A stretch of 64,000 nucleotides of DNA from NCBI GenBank assembly GCA_020891255.1, contig BQFW01000004.1, forward strand, positions 310,001-374,000, given 5' to 3'. The notes beneath the pieces were generated by a model, which was not told the DNA's origin, ran no database searches, and was given only the letters and a program-made list of their open reading frames with translations. Position numbers and translations under genes: made by a program. This document shows, one piece after another, positions 45,112 to 55,973 of the stretch. Origin of the DNA: Entomortierella parvispora E1425. Lineage: Eukaryota; Fungi; Mortierellomycota. Each line of letters opens with the position of its first letter. The stretch's first letter is position 1.

Positions 45112-46941
45112 ATGGACACGTTCACTCCTCCATCCACATTCACTCTCTCCCCGAATTCTGATATAAGATCCTCTACTCTTTGTGACATACCCCCCAACCA
45201 CAAGAGCCCAACATCTTCAACCAATACATTTTCCTTCCCGACCCTGAACAACAGCTCCAGCACCCACTTCCTGATACCCTCTGGCGGAGCCTCAAGGCGT
45301 AGACTAGATCGTACTCTCAGCAACGGGCTCATTGAAGATCATTTATCTAAATCTACGGTCCCTGCAACACTAGCACCTTCGACAACGATGACAACGACAA
45401 CGACAACAATAATGGCAGCGCATCCCCAGAAACGGCACTCGAGTTACACTCAAAACCAACAAATGGATCCTTGGCAAGATCTAGTGGCGTTTACTTACAA
45501 CAACAACAATTATCAGGCCCATCGCTCTACTCTTTCTTTCTCGAACGCTAGCAACCACTACAGCAAAAGGACCTCACCACCACATTCTATCCACCGAAGC
45601 AACAGTACCACTTCCAACACCTCCACAATTTCTTCTTGCTCTACTTTTGTCTCTACCTCTACCACCACCAATTCAACTATCAATGGCAGCAGCAGCAGCG
45701 GCAGCAGCCACACCAGAGGCAGCAGCCATGCCAACGGCAACCTCTACAAGACAGAATTTTGCACAAAGTTCCGTGAGTCTGGTTCTTGTCCCTTTGGGGA
45801 CAAATGTCAGTTTGTGCACCATGATACCGAATTACAACGGAGGAGTCGCGCCTTGACCTACAAGACCCGACACTGTTGGTCTGGTTCTGACTGTGCCTAC
45901 CAACGAAACCATGGTCGGTGCATTTACTTGCATGGGAACGAAACTGCAGAGATGTTTGATCAACAGCGGGGCGTCAGCTTTGCAAAGGTACAAAGGATCT
46001 TGTCGGGGAAACAACAGCAACTACAAAAAAAACAGCAGATAGTCGGAGGAGGAGGAGGGACAATAGAGGCAGCGGGTGGGCGCCATTGTAGATCAATGTC
46101 AGCAGAACAGAGTTGGTCAGATCAAGGAGCATTCGAGAATGTGCAGCAAGTTCCCCCTAGGTCAGAGTCGCTGCGTCCCTTTTTCGAAAACAACTGGGAT
46201 GCTTCTTTCGAGGCAACCACCCTGATGCCGCCTGACTTGAGTACTGGTATCAACAAAGTCAACCACCAAGAGTCGAATCCTGTCCATTCTTCCTTCTGGC
46301 CCACAGCAGGGCAAGCGCACATGTCTGAAGGCAAAGCATCCTTAAGAGCAACGACTTGGACTCCCTGGTCCGCCAGCCATCCTTCGTCGGCAGCTGCAAT
46401 GGCTAGCTTTCGGTTCCCAAGCCCCGTTACCTTTTCAAAAGACACTCGCACCGCTGCGGCTGACTCTTCAGCCCTTTCGGTGTCTACAGTGATCTCTTCC
46501 AAATCAATGCCCGATCTGTTTTCACCTGGGACGATGCCCTCGATTGAAATCCCTTTTGCCTCCCAAGAAATGATCCATGAATGGAAAGACCTTTGCTTTG
46601 AGGGAGTCGAGGAAGAGGAACACACACAAAAAGATATTGACCACGAGTCGCCTTGTCGCACCTTCCATGACACGAGTCGATTAGGGCCCTTGGATACGAA
46701 CAGCACCACCAGGGCAATGCTGTTGTCCACAATGGACACAAAGTCGGGTCTTACTATCCCATTTGAGATGGGGGCAGCAGACTTGTTTTCCCATACAGCA
46801 GCTACCGATTCTTCTTTGCCCTCATCCTCTTCCACGTGTTGCAGTCGCATGAACCCGTTTGCATCCTCGAGTTGGAGCCCAAAGAGCCCAAAGTTTCCAA
46901 AGAACCCCACTAGTCCCGTTGGTCCCTATCATCTGTGGTGA
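45112..46941 (+). CDS. TIS11/TTP-like tandem CCCH zinc-finger RNA-binding protein (~609 aa)
   Basis: LYKTEF-C-x8-C-x5-C-x3-H, an 18-residue linker, then YKTRH-led second finger. Ser/Thr/Gln low-complexity flanks. TATATAAA near 44925. Confidence 0.85.
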   Translation: MDTFTPPSTFTLSPNSDIRSSTLCDIPPNHKSPTSSTNTFSFPTLNNSSSTHFLIPSGGASRRRLDRTLSNGLIEDHLSKSTVPATLAPSTTMTTTTTTIMAAHPQKRHSSYTQNQQMDPWQDLVAFTYNNNNYQAHRSTLSFSNASNHYSKRTSPPHSIHRSNSTTSNTSTISSCSTFVSTSTTTNSTINGSSSSGSSHTRGSSHANGNLYKTEFCTKFRESGSCPFGDKCQFVHHDTELQRRSRALTYKTRHCWSGSDCAYQRNHGRCIYLHGNETAEMFDQQRGVSFAKVQRILSGKQQQLQKKQQIVGGGGGTIEAAGGRHCRSMSAEQSWSDQGAFENVQQVPPRSESLRPFFENNWDASFEATTLMPPDLSTGINKVNHQESNPVHSSFWPTAGQAHMSEGKASLRATTWTPWSASHPSSAAAMASFRFPSPVTFSKDTRTAAADSSALSVSTVISSKSMPDLFSPGTMPSIEIPFASQEMIHEWKDLCFEGVEEEEHTQKDIDHESPCRTFHDTSRLGPLDTNSTTRAMLLSTMDTKSGLTIPFEMGAADLFSHTAATDSSLPSSSSTCCSRMNPFASSSWSPKSPKFPKNPTSPVGPYHLW

Positions 46942-47673
46942 AAAAAGGGATGGATCATTTCCCGCGCTAACCCTGACATAGCAATAAATAATGTGTACTC
47001 AGTTCTATCCTACTTCTAGCTAATGACCATATGAAACGCGCTCAATCTACCAACACTGAGGGCTAAGGTACTATTGTACTTTTGGGACGAGCGCGAGGGC
47101 GTGTCAAAATGGCTGTGTTTGAGGTGCCGATTGAGGAGAATGAGGAGAGGGAAGAAGAGACAAGGCATGCGAGGTCCCCGAGGGCAAGGAACGATGTCTA
47201 CCATGTCAGAGAACAAGGCGTTTGATCCCACAACAGGCACACGGCCCTTCCCACTCCTTCCCTGCACCCCTCGCGACACTCAGGTGGATTTCCTTTTTCT
47301 TCTCTGTCCCCTTATTTGGCTTGTGCCTGGTGAGTCGTGTGGGCGCTGCATTGACCCTACCTGGACAACTGCCTTGGATTCTTGGGAAGAGGATGATCAT
47401 CTGTCGGTGGAGAAGACACCTTTTAGAGCCCTTCTGTTGACAGCTGCACCTTGAGGCTTTTCTGTTCCTGGTCCTCGATTGTTATCTTGGTGAATTTCAA
47501 TCGCTGTCTCCTGGCCATCTTCCCCCCCTTGAACGATCCCTTTAATTAGGACACGAACGTCAGTCTATGTTTACGCTGTGTCCTTGGATATTTTTTTTTT
47601 CTTCTTCTTTTTCCTCTTCTTACTCCACTGACACGTCCAACAACACATCTAGACAAGTAACAAAGGCCGAAAT

Positions 47674-50497
47674 ATGAGCTCATACTATGAGGAAATAGAA
47701 GGTGAAGAATCACCTCGATGGAGTGGTCCCGTACCAGAGCCACAGGAATCACAGCACCGATCCATTTTCCGAAGGACCAGCTCCAACTCCAGCCCCATGA
47801 TCGAGTCGGTGTCTGCCATGAACAGTGCAGTTGCAGCATCGACAGCCAGCACACCCATCAGCAACAGCGATCGATCGTATTCAATCGCCTCCGATCATTC
47901 CACGTCCTGCTCGGCTCCCCTGCTTTACAACCCAATCGACTATATCAACCAGCACCAAGAACAACCTTTCGATTTTCAACCCTCTTCTTCTGGTTCTACA
48001 ACAGCAATGAAAGACGGCAGGCAACAGCGGCGAAAGACTCTATTACATCATCAACATCCACAGCCAGTTCAGATCCGATTATGGAGACTGCTCTGGTTTG
48101 TGACCCTCGTCTTGGGAGAACATGGCTTTTACTGGGTCATGATCGATCGCTGCTCTTGGCCTGAAAACCAATCATGGGTAAATGAGTCAAGACAGTAATA
48201 GGACCCATTGGGCTAAAGAAAGTTCTTCTCCCAAAAAACTAACTATTTTTTTACCTCTCTTCTACACCACATCATTTTTTTTTTCTAGGACGCAAGTGAA
48301 TCTTCTCTGAAAGACCGATACAGGATCGTCATTATCGCAGACCCACAGCTCACGGATTGGTTCTCGTACAAGCAAAGCGGGATCGGGCTATGGTTGACAG
48401 AATTTTACACGGATCTTTTCATGCGACGCTCTTTCCGTCGACTCCATGCAAAGTTTCAACCAGACGCGGTTCTCTATTTAGGAGACCTGTTGGATGGAGG
48501 GCGGGAAACGATGGACAGGGAGAGATTTGACAGGAATCGAGACAGATTTTTGGAGAGGGTCTTTGATACGACCAGATCAGGGTGGAATCTTCAGCCCGTG
48601 GTAATGGACCAGGAGGATCGAAGGCAGGGCTCAAAGGACGGAGACAACGACAATGACAATAACACGGACGAGAAGGAAGGAGAATGGGAGTGGAAAGAAA
48701 ACGAGAAGCGTCTATGTGACGAGAGTGAAAAGGACCTCCAGACAGGCGCAGAAGGCGGCTCAAGTGGCGAAAGGGAGAACAACGTGGAGGATACGCCCAA
48801 CGGCATGCAGGGTGACACAAACCTCGTGGCGGACAACAGCAATAAAAACAACAACAGTGACGCTCGAGCCTCGCGAGGGCGCGAAAAGGAGATAAACATC
48901 TCTGGTCGCTACAGCCAGCTGCTGCAGGTGCCCTTGAATGCTGACGAGAGGTCCCTGATCCGATCTGAAGGTAAAAGTGTCCGACTGTATGTTGCTGGCA
49001 ACCACGACTACGGATTCGGAAACACCATCATTCGACAAGCCGTCAAGAGATACAAGCGTGAATTTGGGTCGGTCAACTACGAGATTCAAGTCGGCAACCA
49101 TACAATCGTCGTCCTGGATACCTTGGCCTTGAGCTCAAATATCACATCGATCAGGGACGAAGCGCAAGAGTTCTTGACGAGGATTGCCAAAGGTAAAGAG
49201 TGGATGGTTCAATTTTCTCTTTTTTTCTTTTTTTTTTGCGATTTTGACTTGATCCCTGGTTCCCTGGTGCTCACTGTTCTCATATTAAAAAAACAACATC
49301 CTAATAGAAGAACCCACATCCCCGCGTATACTCTTTACCCACGTTCCCCTCTTCCGCATGGACAGCACATTCTGTGGAGAAAGGCGCGAGGCCGACAACT
49401 CGATTGTGGATGACTATGGAGAGCAATACCAAAACTTGGTCAACTCGACTCTCACCAAGGACGTCTTGCGTTCCATCCGACCAGATGTGGTCTTTAGTGG
49501 CGACGACCATGACTGGTGCGAGATTGCGCACGATCTAGATCAAAGGCTGACCCCCGAGGTGACCTTGCCGACCTTTAGCTTCGCACAGGGCATCAAACAA
49601 CCGGGCTTTGTATTGTTGACTCTCTATAACCCAGAGGAGATTACAAAGAACTTGGCACCCATGGTGTCGGACCCCGACAAAGGACATGGTGCTGCAGGCT
49701 CACCAAGTGCAGACAGGAGAATGGATGTGGCCACAGTTTCCGACAGGACCACATTCGCGTATGATGAGTGTCTATTGCCCAAGCAGTTGTCCATCTACGA
49801 CTTCTATACCGCCCTCTTTCTCCTGACGGCTGGCTGGCTCATGATCTTAAGAATGCGATGGATGCGACACCTCCGGCGGTCCTCTGCAGACCCCGTCCTC
49901 ATTCAATGGCGGCAACAGCCTGTGGGCTCACCCCTGGCCGGCAGCAAGGACGACGATGGCGGTCCGAAGGAAGAAGAAGACGACGACGAACCCTGTGATG
50001 AAGATAGCACGGTGCCTATGGTTTTAGATCAAGCAACTCAGGGAACTACAACAGCAACACGACTCTCACCCCTTCAAGAACCCCAGTGGTCAAGAAAACA
50101 GTACCCTCTGACGAGTGAGCAGGGTTTTTCGGAGCTTTGCCATGCGGAGAATTCCAATCAGGAAAAATACAAAACGACTTTCAAGACTACGATCCCGTTT
50201 TCGCCTTCACTTCGACGGTCCCTCTCTCCTCACTCTCCTATCTCTCCTATATCCCCCCTGGTGGGGAACCACAACACCGGTGGCAAGAAAAAAAGGAGAG
50301 GGGGCCCCAGTGGTTATTCGGTGATCAAAGGAGTGCGCCAAGGAGACTTGGAGATGGTGGTTGGTTGGTGCAGGGACCGGATATTACGGCCGGTGGGATC
50401 AAGGTTGTTCTGGCGGATGGTGCTCTGGGACCTGTGGAGTATCTTTCGATATGTACTGCCATTCTATGCGGTCCTGCTCATCGTGAGCCTGACGTAG
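47674..50497 (+). CDS. CDC1: Cdc1/MPPE1 (PGAP5)-like membrane metallophosphoesterase; exons approx. 47674-48177, 48289-49193, 49311-50497
   Basis: Motifs IIADPQLTD, YLGDLLDGGR, VAGNHDYG, FTHVPL and VFSGDDHDWC. N- and C-terminal TM segments. Confidence 0.88.
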
Positions 50498-51075
50498 TTT
50501 CCGTTCCTTCTCCTTTCCTTTTCTCCTGCGGCCTGCACTGCACTGTAAATAACAAAAAAAAAGATACTCAGTAAGATACACCTTTTATTCTTTTAAAGGT
50601 CCAAGTGACAGAGAAAAAAATTATTGTTTGGCGTTGACCGATGGGATATGGTCCGCCCATCCTCCCGCCTCGCTGACATTGAACCTGAAAACAAGTGCCC
50701 GTGGGTCGTGAGGCGTGGGCGTGGGCGGACAAACGAGTGACGCATAAAACACACGGATACTGTACTCCGACAACCCTCCCCCCTCAGCCTCATAGTGGAA
50801 CTGCAGGACCCCCCATGTCATGCAATGCAAAATGCGGTGTTCTATCAGTCCCTCGTTTGCCGTCGTTACCGACCATGTCCCACACCATTCATTTAGGACC
50901 CCTCTCTCTCCCTGTCTCCCGTCTCTCTGGCCACCCCCTACTGCCATGCTACCTTACTACTAGGGCAATGCTCACAAGGCAATTGTTTGAACAAAATTAA
51001 TCGAGGAGCTGGACTAACCATTGGATTGGAATTTGCGTCGTTCACTATCTGATGTTGCTCTCTTTTCCATCACCC

Positions 51076-51115
51076 CTCTATCTCTATCTCTATCTCTATC
51101 TATCTATCTATCTAT
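51076..51115. repeat. Compound microsatellite (CTCTAT)n(CTAT)n
   Basis: Direct reading of the sequence. Confidence 0.85.
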
Positions 51116-53041
51116 TCCTCTCTCAAAGGACTATTTAGTCTCCGTCGATTGCTTACAGCGCTATCGGTTCTTTATATCCTTTTTTTTCTAGATCCCTTAC
51201 ACATAGCCTGCTTATGTTTTGTTCTATCTTTTTTGTCTCTGTCCATCTTTCCCTCCAAAATCAACTTTTCTCCTTGTCGACGAAGAATTCGCGCGTTTGA
51301 GAGCTAAACATTTTATGGCGGGGGTTCAACTTCAAAGTTCGTTTGTTGGATTTTGTCCACGCGCCCTTCTGGCAAGCAGACGAAATTGACAAAAGCAGGC
51401 GCGGCGCGTCCATTTTTTTTTTTTTTTAGTGCGTCCTTTTTTTTTTTTTCTGCACCTCCATCTTTTCTAATCCAGTCGGAGATGAAATGAAGGGGGAGCG
51501 GAGGATTTTTGTTCTTACGCCAACATTTTTGAACGACAGGATGGACCCAAGGGCGGAGGGAGGGGGTCTCGTGCTATTGTGCACTTGGACATACTCAACA
51601 CTGCTGGAATATGAAGGGGTGATGGCGGCTGTTGCGGGGTGTTGCGGTGTTGCGGGTTTGCGACGGGAGACGAGGGGTAAGAGTGGTGGTGATGTGGTGC
51701 ATTTTACAAAATACCATGAAAGGTAGTACATCCCTCAAGCCAATCCCCGATCGTTGACCCTCCCCCCCTCTTCCTTTTCTTCTTCCACCTTTGACCCCCC
51801 CAAGGACCTTCATTTCATCCTATCCAAACGCCCTTCCAGAAGAGCGTCTAAATTTGCAAAAAAAAAAAAAAAAAAAACAAAAACAAAAAAAAACAGGGGG
51901 ACCTAGGCCTCCTTCAGAAAAATAACCCGTCGAGAATCACAGGAAGTTGTAAGGCGTAAGTTTCGTGCCTGTGGACCCAACCGGTCTAATGGATAAGAAT
52001 ACCCGGATAGCGCATGAGCAATAGGAGACCACACCACCGTGACAAAAGACGTAGAAAAAAATAGAAGAACGGTTGTCCTGCAGTTTAGCAAAAAAAAAAA
52101 AAAGGGTCCAGAGACAGAGACCGAGTAAATGGCTCAAGGACCTCGATCAAGAGCATGAATGAATGAGTGAATGAAATGTGTTTGATAGGTACATGGATGA
52201 CGGGGGAAGGACAAAGTCTCCAAAGAGTGAGAGGGAGAGACAAAGAGTACCAAATGAAAACAAATACTCTTAGTCTACAATGCAACGTTGTTCTGAGGGT
52301 CAAGCCATCACTGGCACTCGTTTTATGACTCAAAAAATCTCGACAAAGTTACGAATGCCACTCTGCTCGATATCGTTGTCAGTCAGTCTTGTTGGTTTTC
52401 AAAGCAACTGGCACGAATGAGCTTTCGCCCAAAGTACTGCGGGCGTCGCCCCTTTTAACGTTGGCCTCTGGGCCGAACTCCTTTTGTGTCCCTTTCTTTG
52501 ACCGTTGGACAAGTACGGGGCAGCCTGGATTTGGAATCGCTCGTGCGCGCGCTCCGCTGTGGTGGTGAGCCTTTGTATTGTTCAATTGAATCGACATTCT
52601 CTCCGTTTCCTTTTTTCTTTCTCGTTTATCTCTTTGCTGACCATAGCGACAATCGAATCCCCTTCCCTCCAGCAAAAGGCAATGAGTTCAGACTTCTGGC
52701 ACCGTTTTCCTGAAGATCTCTATTTTTCTTGGTCTAGGGTTCGAGTCATCCTCAAAGTCTCTCTGTTGTTTGAGCGATTAATCCTGTCCTTTTCATCTCT
52801 TTCCCTCTTCTTTTTTTCTTCTTCCTCTTCTTCTTTGCCCCGCTCTCTCTTCACATCTTCCACCCTGCTCCTCCGCGCCCGAGTGAGGATTGACCTCAAT
52901 CCATCTCTTCTCCTCCGACAACCTACACCTACCTTTCACCACTCTCTCACTTAATCAATCACCACCGCCCTTTCCCTTTCACCTGGTCTCTTTGCCCACC
53001 TTCGAACAACAGAGCACCTTCACTACACTTGGCATCTCACC

Positions 53042-55237
53042 ATGGTAAATATTACCAGAGACACCGTCAACAAACTTCAAATTGTCAGGAACGACATTCT
53101 TAATCCTATACCTTGAATTTCCTGTGTAGAACCAAATCTTGGAAGCAGCTGCAGCAGTGGCAACTGCTCCCGCCGTAACCCGCACAGATCTCCCTACAAC
53201 CCCTTCCCTCATGCCCACCACCACCTCTGCTGAGACTACCAACTCTACCAGTCTCGAAACCCCCATGTCAACTGGGTATCATAACCGACCTTTCGAACAC
53301 CGCGGCATCGCATCTACAGCCCTGATCGTTAGTGCGGTGTCGGGTGGGCTTTTAATCCTGACTATACTCGGTCTGCTGATCTGGTGCGTACTCCGTGCGC
53401 GACGGAGACGTCGATGCCGGGATCGGCTGTCTGATACAGAGATTGCACTGAAGCAATCCATTGGAGGACGTAACAGGGATAGCCACCCACGATCCTCATC
53501 CTCGAGTGAGAAGAACGGTAGCTCGTTCAACGGCCAGAGCTCATACCAGATTCATCCCGCTACCTCTTCCATGACCATGATGGTAGACGAGCTAGAATCA
53601 ACGGCGGGCTCCAATCGATCAACGCTACTGGAGACGTCGTCGTCTGTGACTGGAAAAGTAACCTATCCACCCAAAGCAAAAACCTCTCCAAAGTTGAGCA
53701 CAGCTACGAGAGGAAGCCGCTTCCCAAGGTCAAATGCAGTTGGTGGAACGCAGTCGTCTTCGATCCCTTCCAACGGTCAGTCACTGCTACCACCACCACG
53801 ACAGCAACACCACAGTACTCACGATAGCACCTATTACCCGCATGTGCATCAGCCTCAGCCCAGGCAGCCAGGAAAGCAAAGCCCCGTGGATGGCGTTACG
53901 CCTCTAGAGAGCTTTTACCACGACATGATTAACGCCCCTGAAACCCCCTCGTCGCCGCCGCCTCCAGAGCAGGCTCGACGACTGGTCCTGTCCTCAAAGC
54001 ATGCTGTCCCCCTCCCTCTGCCTTTCACTTCTTCTTTCTCATCCTCCACCACCACCCTAACTTCCCCCTCCAAGGCAGGCCCAGAGTCCACAAAACCAGC
54101 TGCCACGGCCAGCACTCATAAAAAGTCTGCCTCCATGTCATCTTCACCGGCAACGGCTTCAACCATTACTTCTCCCAGGAGTGCCACCGTGGCGTTGGAC
54201 TGGCCACGGGTTTCAAAGGAACACATGCCTCCACCACCCCCACCCCCATCCATGCCCCCACCAGCCATCCCGGAAATTATCTCCAATCCGCTCATTTTTC
54301 CAGAGCTGACCACTACGACTGTCTCAGCATCGGCAGCATCCGGGGATAACCCATCCTCTCCATCCACTGTACAGTCACCCACATCACCCACGCAAGTTCC
54401 ACCCACCCCCACCACTGCACGTAAAACAAACCGCTCCAGGGCGGCCACAGAGTCGTCTGTGAAATCACCTCGGAGTTCCAATTCGGGCGCCAACCGATCC
54501 TCCAACGGACATGCGGTCGAGTCGATGCAGCAGCAACAACTACTGCAAGACTCTTCCAGAGGAGCCTCTTCCAAGGTAAAATCTCCTAACATCCCATACT
54601 TTTCCTTTGTTCTTTTACTACATTAGTTTGCTGTTGCTCCACAATTACTTCTTTTTTTTTTTTTTTTGCAAAAAGTTTTTGACAACTTTCTGACACAAAC
54701 TCACAGTTGGCCTCTCCGGAAACAGCATCCGCTTCATTAGGTCAGAGCGCCATCCTGACTGTCCCAGCACGATCCGGTCCTGGGCATCGAAGGACCAAGA
54801 GCAACGTCTTGACCCTGGACTCAGTGGTCATGCCTATTTACGTTCCAGCTTCCGCTGCGTCTGCGACCACTTCCTTCTCAGCCTTTCCTTCCCCGCCCGG
54901 GACGAACCCTTCTCCCTCGATCCCTTTGAGGGCTATGGCTCGTACACAGGACCGTAAGCCACCCGTGTCTTCCGTGTTGGAACCGACAAAGTCACTGGGA
55001 CCAATGACAGTCCAGGTGCCACGGCCAACGTCCTGGCACTTGAAGGTAGAGGAAGGGGGTGGGATGGTTGCCGTCGCAGGTGCCAGCGCAGGAGCAGCAC
55101 CAGGAGCAGGAGCAGCAGCAGGAGCAGGAGGAAAGGGGGAGGAACAAGCGGCACCGTTACAGAGAAATATCAGGGAGGCCGTCGCTGATAGTCGCCGGGA
55201 GGGAGTAGTACATGCTCCGTCGTATTCGTACCTGTAG
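53042..55237 (+). CDS. Single-pass membrane protein with short Thr-rich N-terminus and long Ser/Pro-rich tail; join(53042..53044,53130..54575,54707..55237)
   Basis: ATG-only first exon (ATG|GTAAAT...TAG|AAC). One TM helix (IASTALIVSAVSGGLLILTILGLLIWCVL) followed by an Arg cluster. Second intron at 54576-54706. No recognised domain. Confidence 0.7.
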
Positions 55238-55890
55238 AAAGAGAATTGTGGTGAAAGTAGGGAAGAAAAGAGTCCCCTTCCTTTGTACATAAAATTGGTG
55301 GCAATTATGACACGATTAGAGTTCCCCGATCGATGAGATATGATATCAGCGAATGTCCCCTGTTTGCATGTTTGGGTCCCTGCCTGCTGAGGGCACACCA
55401 TTGTCGTTGGGGCATGAGAGGACAAAAGAGAACAGGAGGGCACACGGTCCAAGCGCAAGCCTTCTCTGCTTCCGCTCCCTTTTTTTTTCCTGCTGCTTCT
55501 GATATCATATGCATGTGCGGATGTGGATGTGGATGTGCGGTCCAAGTCCACAACTGAACTTGAGCTTTGCCTTGCGAATGGCGGGGGTACCTTGATGTCT
55601 TCGCCCAAAGAACCCGACTTGCTCCCCTCACAGCTTTACCACAGCGGACCTCAGGAACAGAAACAGGAACAGGAACAGCTAGAGTGACCCTAATCCGCGC
55701 TATCGGCATCTACGCAAAGTCCAGCCAAATTCGATGGATCGGACAGACTCAAGATAGAGTTTCGAGGCAACGACGTCATTTTTTTTTTTTGCAGATCGCG
55801 CATCATTGCAGTCGTGCGTCTTTGTTCTTCTCTCTTTCTTCTTTCCTTTGTCTCCTCCTCATCCAGTCCTTCTGCTCTTTGGTCTTACTT

Positions 55891-55894
<4 letters not shown>

Positions 55895-55952
<58 letters not shown>
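55895..55952. repeat. (CT)29 microsatellite ~20 nt upstream of the TPS start codon
   Basis: Direct reading of the sequence. Confidence 0.92.
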
Positions 55953-55958
<6 letters not shown>

Positions 55959-55973
55959 CACATCATATCCAGC

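Noticed and set aside
55260-55640. STRE (CCCCT) elements upstream of TPS
   Set aside because: Three 5-mers in ~700 nt is close to chance expectation.
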